A stretch of 64,000 nucleotides of DNA from assembly GCA_030599585.1 (NCBI GenBank), contig JAUVNS010000013.1:32001-96000 (forward strand). Direction: 5' to 3'. The number at the start of each line of letters is the position of its first letter. Within the stretch, counting starts at the first letter, position 1. The translations under genes and the position numbers were made by a program. Source of the stretch: Promethearchaeota archaeon. GTDB lineage: Archaea; Asgardarchaeota; Lokiarchaeia; Sigyniarchaeales; SOKP01. The notes under the pieces are model-generated. The model was not told the origin of the DNA and did not search any database. It saw only the letters and a program-made list of their open reading frames with translations. This document shows, piece after piece, positions 46,927 through 57,235 of this stretch.

Positions 46927-48306
46927 TTAAGATGTTTGCACATTACTCATTAAATTAATCCATTTTTCGATTTTTTCTCCTAATTCGAATTTCTCTTTAG
47001 AGCTTAGCCCTACATTCGGCTCTACTTTTTGATAAAGATTAATATATCTACTCATTTCCCATAAAACATGTGAATGCAAAATCATACTCCTAATATAATC
47101 TCGGGCAATTTCAAGTGCCCTTCCTATGGACTTAATATCATAATCTTGATTTACAACGTCTTTAATTACAAGAAGAATCTCTCGAGAATTACTCATTGGA
47201 ATGATAGGGAGTATTTTTATATCTACTGAAGGTCGTTTCATGCTTCTAATCTTGAATTCCTCCTGTTCCACTCCAAATTCCTCAACTCTAATAGTTTCTT
47301 TATTAACTTCTTTTGGTTGATATATTTTACTTTTTACTAGAACAACCGATCTCTCCAACTCATCCTTCGTTCTTCTCCTAAAACTCTCTGGCCAATCGAC
47401 AAAAGAATTCATCCTTGGTTCAGCAGAGAGAAATATTGATTCCTTTGGCATTCTTTCATTTGATCTCTCAACTTTCTGAACATTAGAAGAACTCGTTTCT
47501 GATTTTAACCTTAAAGCCGCATTCACCAATATTGAGAACAAATACATTGGGTCGTAATCTATCGTAGAATAAACTCTTTTAAGTTTTAATATTAATTCTT
47601 CAATGTACTGTAAATTCTGATATGAGAAGTATTGCTCTAAGTGCTTTTTAGAGTCAAGTGTAATTCCGCTTAATCCTGCGGTTGGGCTTAAGAATTTAGT
47701 TTTCATTTCATAGTCCATTTCGGTAGAAAGCAAGATTTGATTAAAAGAATCCTCATGTGAGCTTAAGAGGATTGGTCCTGTTTTGTCTACTTGAAAAGAT
47801 TGTGGATTTCTCAATGTTTCCATAAACTCTAAGATAATGTCCTTATAAGGAATGAACAGATTTCTCATCAGAGTTCCTTGAATAAACGTACGCTTGTTAT
47901 CAGATTTGAAAGATAAATCTACAGGTAACTTAAAGAGATTTTCGCTTACGATTATATCACGATCGTTTTCTAGAGTTACATTTTTTGAGGTCGACAGATG
48001 ATCGTAAACGAAATCTGAAAGCATCAATCCCGTTAATTGTCGATTATCAGTAATATATCTTCCACTTTGAAGTTCAAATTTAGTGTAATAATATCCTAGA
48101 CCAAACAAATAATAAAAGGTCCCCTTTTCTGTTTGAACAGAACAATCAGCACCACTGAAAAAAATAACAAGGTCATGAGATATTTTCGACACATTGTGGT
48201 TAGAATACTTGCCTAAAGTGGGATAGCCGAGCAAATGTCCCCAACTAGGTATCACAAAAAAAGTATAATTTTCCACGATATTAAGTTCCATTTTAGCGGT
48301 GGCCAT
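46927..48306 (-). CDS. Hypothetical protein, 8 nt upstream of the profilin-like gene
   Basis: 459-aa ORF; no motif recognised. Confidence 0.7.
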   Translation of the reverse strand: MATAKMELNIVENYTFFVIPSWGHLLGYPTLGKYSNHNVSKISHDLVIFFSGADCSVQTEKGTFYYLFGLGYYYTKFELQSGRYITDNRQLTGLMLSDFVYDHLSTSKNVTLENDRDIIVSENLFKLPVDLSFKSDNKRTFIQGTLMRNLFIPYKDIILEFMETLRNPQSFQVDKTGPILLSSHEDSFNQILLSTEMDYEMKTKFLSPTAGLSGITLDSKKHLEQYFSYQNLQYIEELILKLKRVYSTIDYDPMYLFSILVNAALRLKSETSSSNVQKVERSNERMPKESIFLSAEPRMNSFVDWPESFRRRTKDELERSVVLVKSKIYQPKEVNKETIRVEEFGVEQEEFKIRSMKRPSVDIKILPIIPMSNSREILLVIKDVVNQDYDIKSIGRALEIARDYIRSMILHSHVLWEMSRYINLYQKVEPNVGLSSKEKFELGEKIEKWINLMSNVQTS

Positions 48307-48551
48307 ACAGAATACAACTGAGAGTTTTTAATTATGATCCTATTAAAATATTATAAAAATCAATAGGGCAATGATTTCGTCATACTAATCTGGATATACT
48401 ACTTAATATATAATCTTATTACGTATATTTAAGTTTCTGTTGGAGTTTTATCAATATCTACGATACACTCAATTAATGGTCTCCTACAACAATATTAGTT
48501 GACAAAAAAATACGAATCATAAGCATTCAAAACTTAGATTTGTAAAGTAAA

Positions 48552-49298
48552 ATGACTGATATTGGTATTAGAAAAAATTTTCTTGATTTTGGAAAAAATA
48601 TACAAATAGTAGCAATCTGTACTGTTTTAAGCATAGCAACGGGAATTACGGGGTTTATTGCGTTGATTTTCATTTTTATTGCCTTAGATAATATTAAAAA
48701 GGTAAACGTTCTGTTAAACAACGCTTCTTTAGAACAATTCCGTTCAAAATATATTCGAGGTTTTATTTCGAGAGTAGTGGGGATTATGATATTAATTACT
48801 GGAGGCGTGAATATTGCAGTCTATTTCATTTTCATGCCATTCCCGATATCGTTTTGGACCATGCTTTCGCTATCTATCATACTCTTGTCCGCTGGGTTAA
48901 TCTTTGTTATTGTCGGGTTATCTTCAGAAATTAAAGCTTGGAAAAATCTGAAGGATTTCTTTGAAAATAATAGTAGTTTATTCCCAAATGACTTGTCCAG
49001 CGAATTGATAGATGGCTGTGATAAATTAAAGAAGGGTACATTATTGAGCGCATTCGGATTTTTAGTTATTCCTGGAATCATAGGTTTTATATTTCAAGCT
49101 ATTGGGTTCTTTAAACTAGCAAAACTCAACACATTAAGCGATTTTGACGCACCAAAAGAACTTGTAATAGTAGAACAGACTTACATTCCTAAAAAAGTGA
49201 GTGATATTAAAAGTTCTATTAATTTTTGTCCAAATTGCGGAACCAGATTATCGGGTTTAGGAAAATTCTGTGCTTTATGCGGTTCAGAAATCAATTAA
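48552..49298 (+). CDS. Membrane protein (DUF996/DUF973-like) with C-terminal zinc ribbon
   Basis: Several TM segments; FCPNCG...FCALCG. Confidence 0.75.
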   Translation: MTDIGIRKNFLDFGKNIQIVAICTVLSIATGITGFIALIFIFIALDNIKKVNVLLNNASLEQFRSKYIRGFISRVVGIMILITGGVNIAVYFIFMPFPISFWTMLSLSIILLSAGLIFVIVGLSSEIKAWKNLKDFFENNSSLFPNDLSSELIDGCDKLKKGTLLSAFGFLVIPGIIGFIFQAIGFFKLAKLNTLSDFDAPKELVIVEQTYIPKKVSDIKSSINFCPNCGTRLSGLGKFCALCGSEIN

Positions 49299-49411
49299 TT
49301 TTTTTTTTCTTTATTAGAAATTATGCGCTTACAAATTAAAAACAAAATTATTAAAACTGTAGAAATTAAATATAAAATTAAACCTAATTAGATTTGCTAG
49401 AGGTTTCTAAA

Positions 49412-50164
49412 ATGTCAAATATAGATGTTAGAAGTGAGTTCTTCGAATTCGGAAAGAAGATGAAAATTGTAGGCATTATGACCATTTTGGTTATTATTCC
49501 TTATGTTGGTGGTTTTTTAAGTTTTATTGGATTTATTTTTGGACTTATGGCTCTTACAGACATTAGAAACGCAAATAATAAGCTGAATCAGAGTTCGCTT
49601 GAAAATTATCGTTCGAAATATATTTCTGCTCTCGTAATCAGAATAATTAGCACTGCTATATCAGTAGTAGGATCTTTTTACACTTCGAATTGGGTAATAG
49701 ATTTCGTATTTACATTTAATTTAGCAGCAATAATTGGCAGTACCATAATTCTACTCATTACTTTTGTGCTCAATATTATAGCAGCGGCAATTGAAATGGA
49801 TGCTTGGCGTAGTTTAACAGATTTCTTTAACCAAAATCGGACCATGTTTCCACAACATATTGCGACGGAAGCTGCTGATGGCAGCGATAAATTACGTTCC
49901 GCAGCTTTAATGAACATTCTCTCGTTCTTAATCATCACTATTTTAATCGGTTGGATACTCCAAATCATAGGGTACTTTAAACTAGCAAAATTTGAAGAAA
50001 TTACGCTGTATTCTGATACAATTCCAATAACATCAGCCCCAGTAGAAGAAGTAATGTTTCAACCTACAACTTCCACATCGAGACTTAATTTTTGTCCTAG
50101 CTGTGGAGCAAAGGTTTCGGGTGAGGGTAAATATTGTGTAGAATGTGGTTCAGAGCTCAAATAA
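49412..50164 (+). CDS. Tandem paralogue: membrane protein with C-terminal zinc ribbon
   Basis: Shares LExxRSKYI, AWxxLxDFF, DGxDKL and IGxFKLAK with the previous gene; FCPSCG...YCVECG. Confidence 0.75.
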   Translation: MSNIDVRSEFFEFGKKMKIVGIMTILVIIPYVGGFLSFIGFIFGLMALTDIRNANNKLNQSSLENYRSKYISALVIRIISTAISVVGSFYTSNWVIDFVFTFNLAAIIGSTIILLITFVLNIIAAAIEMDAWRSLTDFFNQNRTMFPQHIATEAADGSDKLRSAALMNILSFLIITILIGWILQIIGYFKLAKFEEITLYSDTIPITSAPVEEVMFQPTTSTSRLNFCPSCGAKVSGEGKYCVECGSELK

Positions 50165-50246
50165 ACAAACCATTAAAAACACTTAATCATTTATTTGGGG
50201 GTTTTTTATTTTTACTTTCAATGACCTCCCTCTCCCTCTGTTATAT

Positions 50247-52082
50247 TTAGAACGCGATGAAATTCCGTCTCTTTACGGCCTCAATGATGTACTCATCTAC
50301 TTTTATATCGCTTCTTTTTCGCTTTACACTTCGAATGATTTTTAGGATTTGCGCTAAAACAAAAAATTCAAATTTTGTCCATTTCATAGCGAACGGTTTC
50401 TTAGTAGGTTCAATAGTTTTGTAAGGAATGGGTTTATCCTTAGCAGATTTATCTTTGTTATAAATGTATTTTTTAAATGGTTCTTCTTTAGGATACCGAT
50501 TGAATGGATCTAATAAGTTTTTAATTTTAAACTTCTTAGCTCGTTTCTCGGTTATTTTTGATAAATAGATCATAACAGGAGTCGGTTCACCAATTAAACG
50601 TCGATATTTTTCGTCAGTTTTTCGAACTCTTCTCCTGACTACTCCATTTGGGGCAAATCGATCCATAGTTTCTATTGAAGTCCACAAGAGAGCAGCTTGA
50701 TTTTTATAAAAAAGAGCTTTATGGTCTCGCATGATGGGATTTTTGGATTCGAAACAAAATTCATAACCATTCAAAGTTACATCTAATTTGCGAAGTATGG
50801 AGGGGCCCCATGTTTTGTAAAGCAGATCGTATCCATATTCCGTTAAATTAAGAGTTTCATGCGTTTCTAATGCGACATTTTCTTGTGCTCCGCTCCAAAA
50901 ATGCACATCTTCCCAAGGAACATCCCTAACTCTATTTTGTTCCATTAATTCTTCGTATAATACAGTACCCGGAAAAGGTGATAACCTAGTTAATTGTTGA
51001 AAAGTAGGGTAACACGCGACGAAATAATTAAGGTCCTCATAAATGTTTGAATGATCATGGAAGTCCCAACCACAGACCCACGCCCCCAAGGTTCTTATCC
51101 CCATTGAATGAAGCTTATCAAATACCTCACGGGCATCCACCTCTTGTCGCTTCTTATATCCATGCTCTCCAGCAAATTTCGACTCTACACCTATAAAGAT
51201 AGCACCTACCCCTATTTCAGCGATAGTTTCCCATCCATATTTCTGGGCAAAATTATAGATATTATCCACAGAGCCAAAAGCAAGCCAATCTAAGGATTCT
51301 ACCACTTTAGGGCTGGATTCCCAATATTTCTTGGTTTCGAATAAGTATTCTGGATGACGGAAGTGATCTTCTTCTATAACAAATATTAACCGAACATCGG
51401 GAAAATGTTTGTGGTAAAGATATATATGTGAAACAAATTCCTTTGGTGATAACAGCTCAATGCGTTTAAAACCAAACATTTCTGTAGAAGAACAGAAATC
51501 ACATCCCCCAGGACAACCTAAGCCAGTCACAACGAAACCTACATTACCAATTGGATATCTATTAATAAACCACGGAGCACCACCACATTTTGGCATTAGT
51601 TTTTGTTCAATTGGTTGATTAGTGTCTTCTCCTAAAAATTCTCTAAGGAACTTTACACCTTCTCCTTTCACTACATAGTCTACATATTTTTTTTGAGTTT
51701 CTTCGTCGTATTTGGCTTTGAAAGCTTGAGCAGCATAAGAACCTAACATAATTGTAGTATCCGGAGAAGTTTCACGGATATATTGGCACATTTTCATAAC
51801 ATTATCTAAATGGGGGGGGTATGCGCTTATTCCAATGATGCTGTAACCTTTGTCAACTTCTTTTATAAAGTCTTTCCATCGAGGATATTCTAACAAAGTT
51901 GCTGGTTTACTGATATTTTGAGCTAAAATGTGATTTGCGTAGCAATGAGTGTGAGATATTAAAGTAAATATATCATCTCCCTTTGTAAACCTTTGCCCAG
52001 TAGCATCCGTCAAAGAATCATTAGCGGGTAGAGTGGGATAAGGATAAGTAGGAGTTGTTAGTAAAATACGATTTTCGATCAT
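50247..52082 (-). CDS. Cobalamin-binding-domain radical SAM protein (class B-like)
   Basis: VDYVVKGEG, GCPGGCDFC (CxxxCxxC), FIGVES, SPFPGTVLY. Confidence 0.85.
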   Translation of the reverse strand: MIENRILLTTPTYPYPTLPANDSLTDATGQRFTKGDDIFTLISHTHCYANHILAQNISKPATLLEYPRWKDFIKEVDKGYSIIGISAYPPHLDNVMKMCQYIRETSPDTTIMLGSYAAQAFKAKYDEETQKKYVDYVVKGEGVKFLREFLGEDTNQPIEQKLMPKCGGAPWFINRYPIGNVGFVVTGLGCPGGCDFCSSTEMFGFKRIELLSPKEFVSHIYLYHKHFPDVRLIFVIEEDHFRHPEYLFETKKYWESSPKVVESLDWLAFGSVDNIYNFAQKYGWETIAEIGVGAIFIGVESKFAGEHGYKKRQEVDAREVFDKLHSMGIRTLGAWVCGWDFHDHSNIYEDLNYFVACYPTFQQLTRLSPFPGTVLYEELMEQNRVRDVPWEDVHFWSGAQENVALETHETLNLTEYGYDLLYKTWGPSILRKLDVTLNGYEFCFESKNPIMRDHKALFYKNQAALLWTSIETMDRFAPNGVVRRRVRKTDEKYRRLIGEPTPVMIYLSKITEKRAKKFKIKNLLDPFNRYPKEEPFKKYIYNKDKSAKDKPIPYKTIEPTKKPFAMKWTKFEFFVLAQILKIIRSVKRKRSDIKVDEYIIEAVKRRNFIAF

Positions 52083-52244
52083 TATTTAATATATTTTTCG
52101 TCATAAGTATTTAAATTTTATTTAAGAAAGCTAGTCTCGACTTTTTTTTATCTTTTCTATTCTTGTTTCAAGGCTTCAACTAAAAGAGCGGTCAATATAA
52201 AAACTTTTAATAGTCGTAGGATTATTTTTAATGGCTTAGATACC

Positions 52245-52823
52245 ATGCAAAGAATTAAAAAATTCTTTAGTCGAACATTTTCCGGATTAGTAGAAAGAGA
52301 TCCGAACTTTATTCAAATGAGACTCAATGTAAAATCGATTACCCCCGAGTTTGAAAAGAGTCTTGAAGGAAAAATAGAGCATAGTATCCTTCAAGCGGAT
52401 GTTCGGGAAGCTTCAGAAGAGGATATAAGGTCACTTATACATCTGCACGATCTTGCTTGGCATTCAACACCTATGCCTTATCGTCCACTAAAAAAAGACT
52501 CAATATCTAACTTATTAAATGATCCTACGATTATTTTTCTGATAGCTAAAGTTAAAGGAGAGGATAGTGGTTTTGCTCTAATTTACTTTACTGGTGAAGA
52601 AAAACAGATAGGTATTATTGCTGGGATGGGGATTGTTCCAGATCTCCAGAGAAAAGGATTAGGTACAATTTTAGGTACGGCCGCTTGGGACTATTTCAAG
52701 AAGAAAGGCGTTGTAGAATTGCGTTGTAAAGTATATAAAGAAAATAAAATCTCTTATAACTTTATAAAGGGATTACACTTTGAAGAATATGATGATGATT
52801 TTGTACATTGGAAGTTATTCTAA
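52245..52823 (+). CDS. GNAT-family N-acetyltransferase
   Basis: IVPDLQRKGLGT acetyl-CoA motif; NxxSxxF. Confidence 0.85.
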   Translation: MQRIKKFFSRTFSGLVERDPNFIQMRLNVKSITPEFEKSLEGKIEHSILQADVREASEEDIRSLIHLHDLAWHSTPMPYRPLKKDSISNLLNDPTIIFLIAKVKGEDSGFALIYFTGEEKQIGIIAGMGIVPDLQRKGLGTILGTAAWDYFKKKGVVELRCKVYKENKISYNFIKGLHFEEYDDDFVHWKLF

Positions 52824-53044
52824 ATTAAAAGAATCAATGATTGCTAAAAATTATGGGACATTGCTGAATACCTAAAAATGGACTTTTAGTTTTAGTTTTA
52901 ATCACTCCTCCTCTGAAATATTTTTTTTATCGACTTTTTAAATTGTTCTACGCTCTTGTAGAAAACGAGCAAATTTAATAAACTTTAAAACGAATTAATA
53001 ATGTTCTTATCATGAGTTTTAACACTTTAACTTGTTGAGCTAAC

Positions 53045-53167
53045 ATGGATAGTAAAAACTCTGAAAGAGATATTTGGTTAACATATTGCGAAGAATGCGT
53101 AAAATCAAAAATCGACAAAAATGACCCTCAAGAATTTAAAGAAGACCCGAGGGAAGATACTACTTGA
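53045..53167 (+). CDS. Possible 40-aa small protein with CxxC
   Basis: MDSKNSERDIWLTYCEECVKSKIDKNDPQEFKEDPREDTT, ending TGA TGA, in an otherwise empty ~480-nt gap. Confidence 0.35.
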   Translation: MDSKNSERDIWLTYCEECVKSKIDKNDPQEFKEDPREDTT

Positions 53168-53308
53168 TGAAAAATATCTAATTTTTGTTAATTAAACCAC
53201 TTTTCTTCCTATATTTTAATAACAACACTGACCTATTTTAATTATTAAATACTCTAAATTAAATGTGAATAATTACTTTTATTCTAATTTAATGAAACAG
53301 GTTATATT

Positions 53309-54487
53309 ATGAATTCTATAGAACGCGTAAAAGCAGCTCTACAATTCAATAATCCAGACAAAGTACCAGTTTTTGATTTAGTACGTGGTGATCTTTTGCC
53401 TTTACCATTAACTTTTTCTAATAATTGGAAACCTGGATGGAAAGAAGGGGAAGAGAACTTGTTTCCTCATATAAGAGGAGGTTATAAATGGGATAGGCCT
53501 GATTGGGCTAACAAAGCAGAATTTGAGGGTAATAAGTGGAGAACTTTACATCACGAGGAAGTTGATGAATGGGGCTGTATTTGGAACATGCAGGGAAATG
53601 ATACAAATATGGGGCATCCTGGAAGGGCTTCTTTACCAGATTGGAATGATTATGAAAATTACATTGAGAAATATTCTCCTGATCCATCAGATAAATCTAG
53701 ATTTAAATTAGCATTTCAATTAAAAAAAAACAGTGATCCAGAAAAATATCGTGTTCTTTTACCAATGTATCACGGTCTCTCACAACTTACGTCTTATATT
53801 CGTGGATTTAATAATTATTTAATTGACCATAAAAGGAATCCGGATCAATTAAAAAGACTATTAGAACACATTGCAGATTATTATATCCAATTAATTAAAA
53901 GTTCAATAAAATTGGGATTAGAACCTCACGGTGTGTGGTTTACAGACGATCTTGGGCAGCAAAGTGGTCCTTTCATTAGTCCAAAGATGTTTGAATCTTT
54001 TTACGAATCATCTTATAAAAGAGTTTTTGATGTGGCTCATGATTTAGGTTTAGATGTCCACTTGCATTGTTGTGGAAAAGTTGATCGATTACTACCAATT
54101 TTTATTAAGTGGGGGCTAAATGCAATTGAATTTGATAGCCCTCGAATGAGTGGTTATGAGGATTTAAGACCGTATCGAGGTAAAATTATGTTTTGGGGTT
54201 GCGTGAATATTCAATCTATATATACATTAGGAACTCCTGAAGAAGTAAAAAGGGAAGTGTGGCATATGATTAGGAACTTAGGTACAAAAAATGGTGGTTA
54301 CGGTGCCTATTTTTATTCTGATTATAAAGATATTGGAGTTAGACGAGAAAATATTAAAGCATTTCAAAGTGGGTTGAAAGAATATGGTATATACTCAAAA
54401 ATTCCTCTCCATTGGTGGGATTATCCTACAATAGATAATTGGAAAGACTCTGAAGTTCCTCCTTTACCACCTTTGGATTCTAACTAA
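53309..54487 (+). CDS. Uroporphyrinogen decarboxylase (URO-D/MtaA-like) family protein
   Basis: ERVKAAL...PDKVP, DEWGCIW, DDLGQQSGPFISP, HCCG, GTPEEV. Confidence 0.8.
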   Translation: MNSIERVKAALQFNNPDKVPVFDLVRGDLLPLPLTFSNNWKPGWKEGEENLFPHIRGGYKWDRPDWANKAEFEGNKWRTLHHEEVDEWGCIWNMQGNDTNMGHPGRASLPDWNDYENYIEKYSPDPSDKSRFKLAFQLKKNSDPEKYRVLLPMYHGLSQLTSYIRGFNNYLIDHKRNPDQLKRLLEHIADYYIQLIKSSIKLGLEPHGVWFTDDLGQQSGPFISPKMFESFYESSYKRVFDVAHDLGLDVHLHCCGKVDRLLPIFIKWGLNAIEFDSPRMSGYEDLRPYRGKIMFWGCVNIQSIYTLGTPEEVKREVWHMIRNLGTKNGGYGAYFYSDYKDIGVRRENIKAFQSGLKEYGIYSKIPLHWWDYPTIDNWKDSEVPPLPPLDSN

Positions 54488-54509
54488 AAAAATAAAAAAT
54501 TTCTTTTAG

Positions 54510-57182
54510 TTATTTAAAGTTTATTACCCATGTTAACGGTTTATTAAGGTTACTTTCACCAATTAAAAATACTTGATTATTTTTTATCGTAAAATCCTTT
54601 TCAATTCCATTTATTAGAACAGAATCGATTTTATCAAGTTCCTTATTAACCAATTCTAAAGATAATTTCCACGTACCTTCTTTCACGGGATTATACCACC
54701 CTGAGTATCCATTTTTAGTTTTTTCTAATCCAATTAGAGAAGTTCTAAATTTATATTTATCTTGAAGGAGAGTAGGTCTTAATTCTACACCTTCAAGAAT
54801 GAAATTTATCCCTATTAAACGAGTTATGTCATAAAGTGGCCATGCATGAGGATGTAAGTTGAAAACTGGAAAATCAGTCCAAGCAGTTTCATAATGCCCC
54901 AACAATTCCTCTCCATCTACAGCTTCTCGTTCGCCACTTATTAAAGACTCATCAAAAACGGTTTGTCCGGGATACTTAGATAAATCCGAGTTATATGTAT
55001 CTGGTCCACTCCAAATACCATACCACACATCGGGAAAATTCTCAGCATGATAAGCAAGCGTATTTTTTTTCCATTCGTCCCATCCCATCTCGCTATTTAC
55101 TAAAGAAAGTGCCCAGATTAAAGTTCCATTTATCGATGGCCAAATTCCAGCGTTTATTCCCTGTCCCATATTTTTTATGCTCTCAATTCCTTTGCTATGA
55201 AGCCTCGCACCGATTTTTGAAGGTTTTCGTACTAATTCATTAATGGATTGAACTAAAACCTTCTTTTCCCTATCATCAAGAGCATTCCCAATAATAGCCC
55301 ATGGTTGAGGTTCTAACCACATCTGGTCCTCACCGACCCAGCCTATATCTTCTGTTAACCAGGCCCGTCTAAACCATTTTCCTGTCCACTGGGCTTTTAC
55401 TGCCTCCCTTTGTGATTCAGAATAATTCAGAACTTCTAAAGCTAATTCAGATTCGTTAACAAAACTTAACATCTCAGAGTAAATTTTAAGTGAGAAAATA
55501 GCCATTGCGGCATTTAAAACGCTTTCTCCTTCTTTTTGAATTTCTTTATGTTTCTCAGGTGGAATGTTTCCAATTACAACACCATCGTTCCAATCCCCAT
55601 TCGATATTCGTTGAAGCCCATGGCGTCCTGTTCCAGTTTTTTTAACTAAGTGACGATAACATCTTTTCAATATTTCTCCGACTGTTACTATCTCGACTCG
55701 AGATCCATAAACGGGATATCTCGAAATTTTCTCGGAAAGGAAATCTGAATCTCGCGAACCAAGAATATATTCGCTTGCCAGCCACAACAACCACATTTCT
55801 TGATCGCTCGGTTTGAAAGGAGCTGGTAAAATTTGTCCGCTACCAGTGATAGCGTAAGGTATTTCACCGCTTTTACGAACTGTTTTTAGAGTATACCTAA
55901 TTACATCCTTAACAATGTCAGGATCGTTGTAAATAAACGGTAAAGCGTGCTGTAAAGGATCTCGAGCAGCCCCTTGAAATCCAATTATATATTGATAAAC
56001 GTGACCCTGAGAGAGTATATGTTCTTTGAAAAAACTATCGTAAGTCATAGCGCTTCGTAAGTAGTAATAATGCCAAAACACCTCGCGATTTACCCAATCC
56101 TCGTCATTAATTTGTAATTGTATTCTACTTGCTTTCCATTTCTCACAAGATTCTTTAAACTTTATGGATGTGTTTGTTTTGTATTTTTTAATTAATGGTT
56201 CTAGTTCGAAATTATCGGGGAGATATCCGTATAAAAAAGATAATGTGCAACTTTCACCGGCGTCTAAGCTTACTTTCGTTTCTAAGAGCATGGAACTTTC
56301 TACTCCTGTTGAATTAATGCTATTAGTTAGATTGTTTTTCAAGCCATCAGGAGATTCAACGCCACCTATACCAAAAAAATCTTTACTGTTCGTTTGCATT
56401 CCGCTGATTTCAGAGTCTAAGGAAACTAAAAATGTTTTGGGAGGAAATTTATCGTCAAAACTAGGTTTAAGGTTGTTCGAATCATATATTGTTTTGTGGT
56501 CTTCGACGTATCTTTTATCTTGAATACCCATGCCTTTCTCAATTGATTTAAACTCATGTTTGAGTTTATCGCTTGATTCATGCCGGATGTCTCTTGGATG
56601 TTTATCGGATGTTTTCGAAAGGACTCCTGCAAATGCTGCAGCAGAAAACTGATATGTATAACAACCCCAATATTCGATCCAACGCAAGTCTGCTCGCTTT
56701 TCTCTATTATTGGTAATTTTAACTTGAGAAATTACTACAGGATCGTCCCCAAAAGGTGCGGATATAATTTGATCTATTAAATATCCTTTTCCACTTACTT
56801 TTTTTTGAAAATAACCGATTCCAAAAATTCGTTCGAATGAGTTTGCATTTCCGGGATAGTATGTGCTTAAATGATCGTCGTTATCTGTTAGATATCCAAA
56901 TCCTCCAGCAAATTGTCCTTGTTCTGGATTAAACTCATTCAAGTATTTTGGACCGCCCTCATCTTGTCTTACCTGGACATGTCCATAATTCGAAACTACA
57001 GCAACCAACCTGTCATTTCCAACTTGGTGAAGGTGTTCTGTTTTTGAACGCCACTTATCATTCATTGGAGTTAATGCTTTTGGGTCGTTTATTTGATCGC
57101 ATGTATACCGATATGCGGGCATTCCAAAATCGTCTTCAATCCACTCACCAAAATAACCTGAACCAAATTCTTTTTTTGACAT
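54510..57182 (-). CDS. GH94-like glycoside phosphorylase/(alpha/alpha)6 glycoside hydrolase
   Basis: N-terminal beta-sandwich (HQVGNDRL...NYG), GAARDPLQH, GDWNDG, GESV, WLEPQPWAI, NAGIW. Confidence 0.65.
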   Translation of the reverse strand: MSKKEFGSGYFGEWIEDDFGMPAYRYTCDQINDPKALTPMNDKWRSKTEHLHQVGNDRLVAVVSNYGHVQVRQDEGGPKYLNEFNPEQGQFAGGFGYLTDNDDHLSTYYPGNANSFERIFGIGYFQKKVSGKGYLIDQIISAPFGDDPVVISQVKITNNREKRADLRWIEYWGCYTYQFSAAAFAGVLSKTSDKHPRDIRHESSDKLKHEFKSIEKGMGIQDKRYVEDHKTIYDSNNLKPSFDDKFPPKTFLVSLDSEISGMQTNSKDFFGIGGVESPDGLKNNLTNSINSTGVESSMLLETKVSLDAGESCTLSFLYGYLPDNFELEPLIKKYKTNTSIKFKESCEKWKASRIQLQINDEDWVNREVFWHYYYLRSAMTYDSFFKEHILSQGHVYQYIIGFQGAARDPLQHALPFIYNDPDIVKDVIRYTLKTVRKSGEIPYAITGSGQILPAPFKPSDQEMWLLWLASEYILGSRDSDFLSEKISRYPVYGSRVEIVTVGEILKRCYRHLVKKTGTGRHGLQRISNGDWNDGVVIGNIPPEKHKEIQKEGESVLNAAMAIFSLKIYSEMLSFVNESELALEVLNYSESQREAVKAQWTGKWFRRAWLTEDIGWVGEDQMWLEPQPWAIIGNALDDREKKVLVQSINELVRKPSKIGARLHSKGIESIKNMGQGINAGIWPSINGTLIWALSLVNSEMGWDEWKKNTLAYHAENFPDVWYGIWSGPDTYNSDLSKYPGQTVFDESLISGEREAVDGEELLGHYETAWTDFPVFNLHPHAWPLYDITRLIGINFILEGVELRPTLLQDKYKFRTSLIGLEKTKNGYSGWYNPVKEGTWKLSLELVNKELDKIDSVLINGIEKDFTIKNNQVFLIGESNLNKPLTWVINFK

Positions 57183-57235
57183 TTGTTATATCATCTCTGT
57201 TTTTTACTAGTAATCACAAATTATTAAAAAATAAA

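Noticed and set aside
50247-52082. Radical SAM gene as a sulfatase maturase or RiPP maturase
   Set aside because: It has a B12-binding-type N-terminus and no SPASM cysteine motif; no convincing precursor peptide is co-oriented with it.
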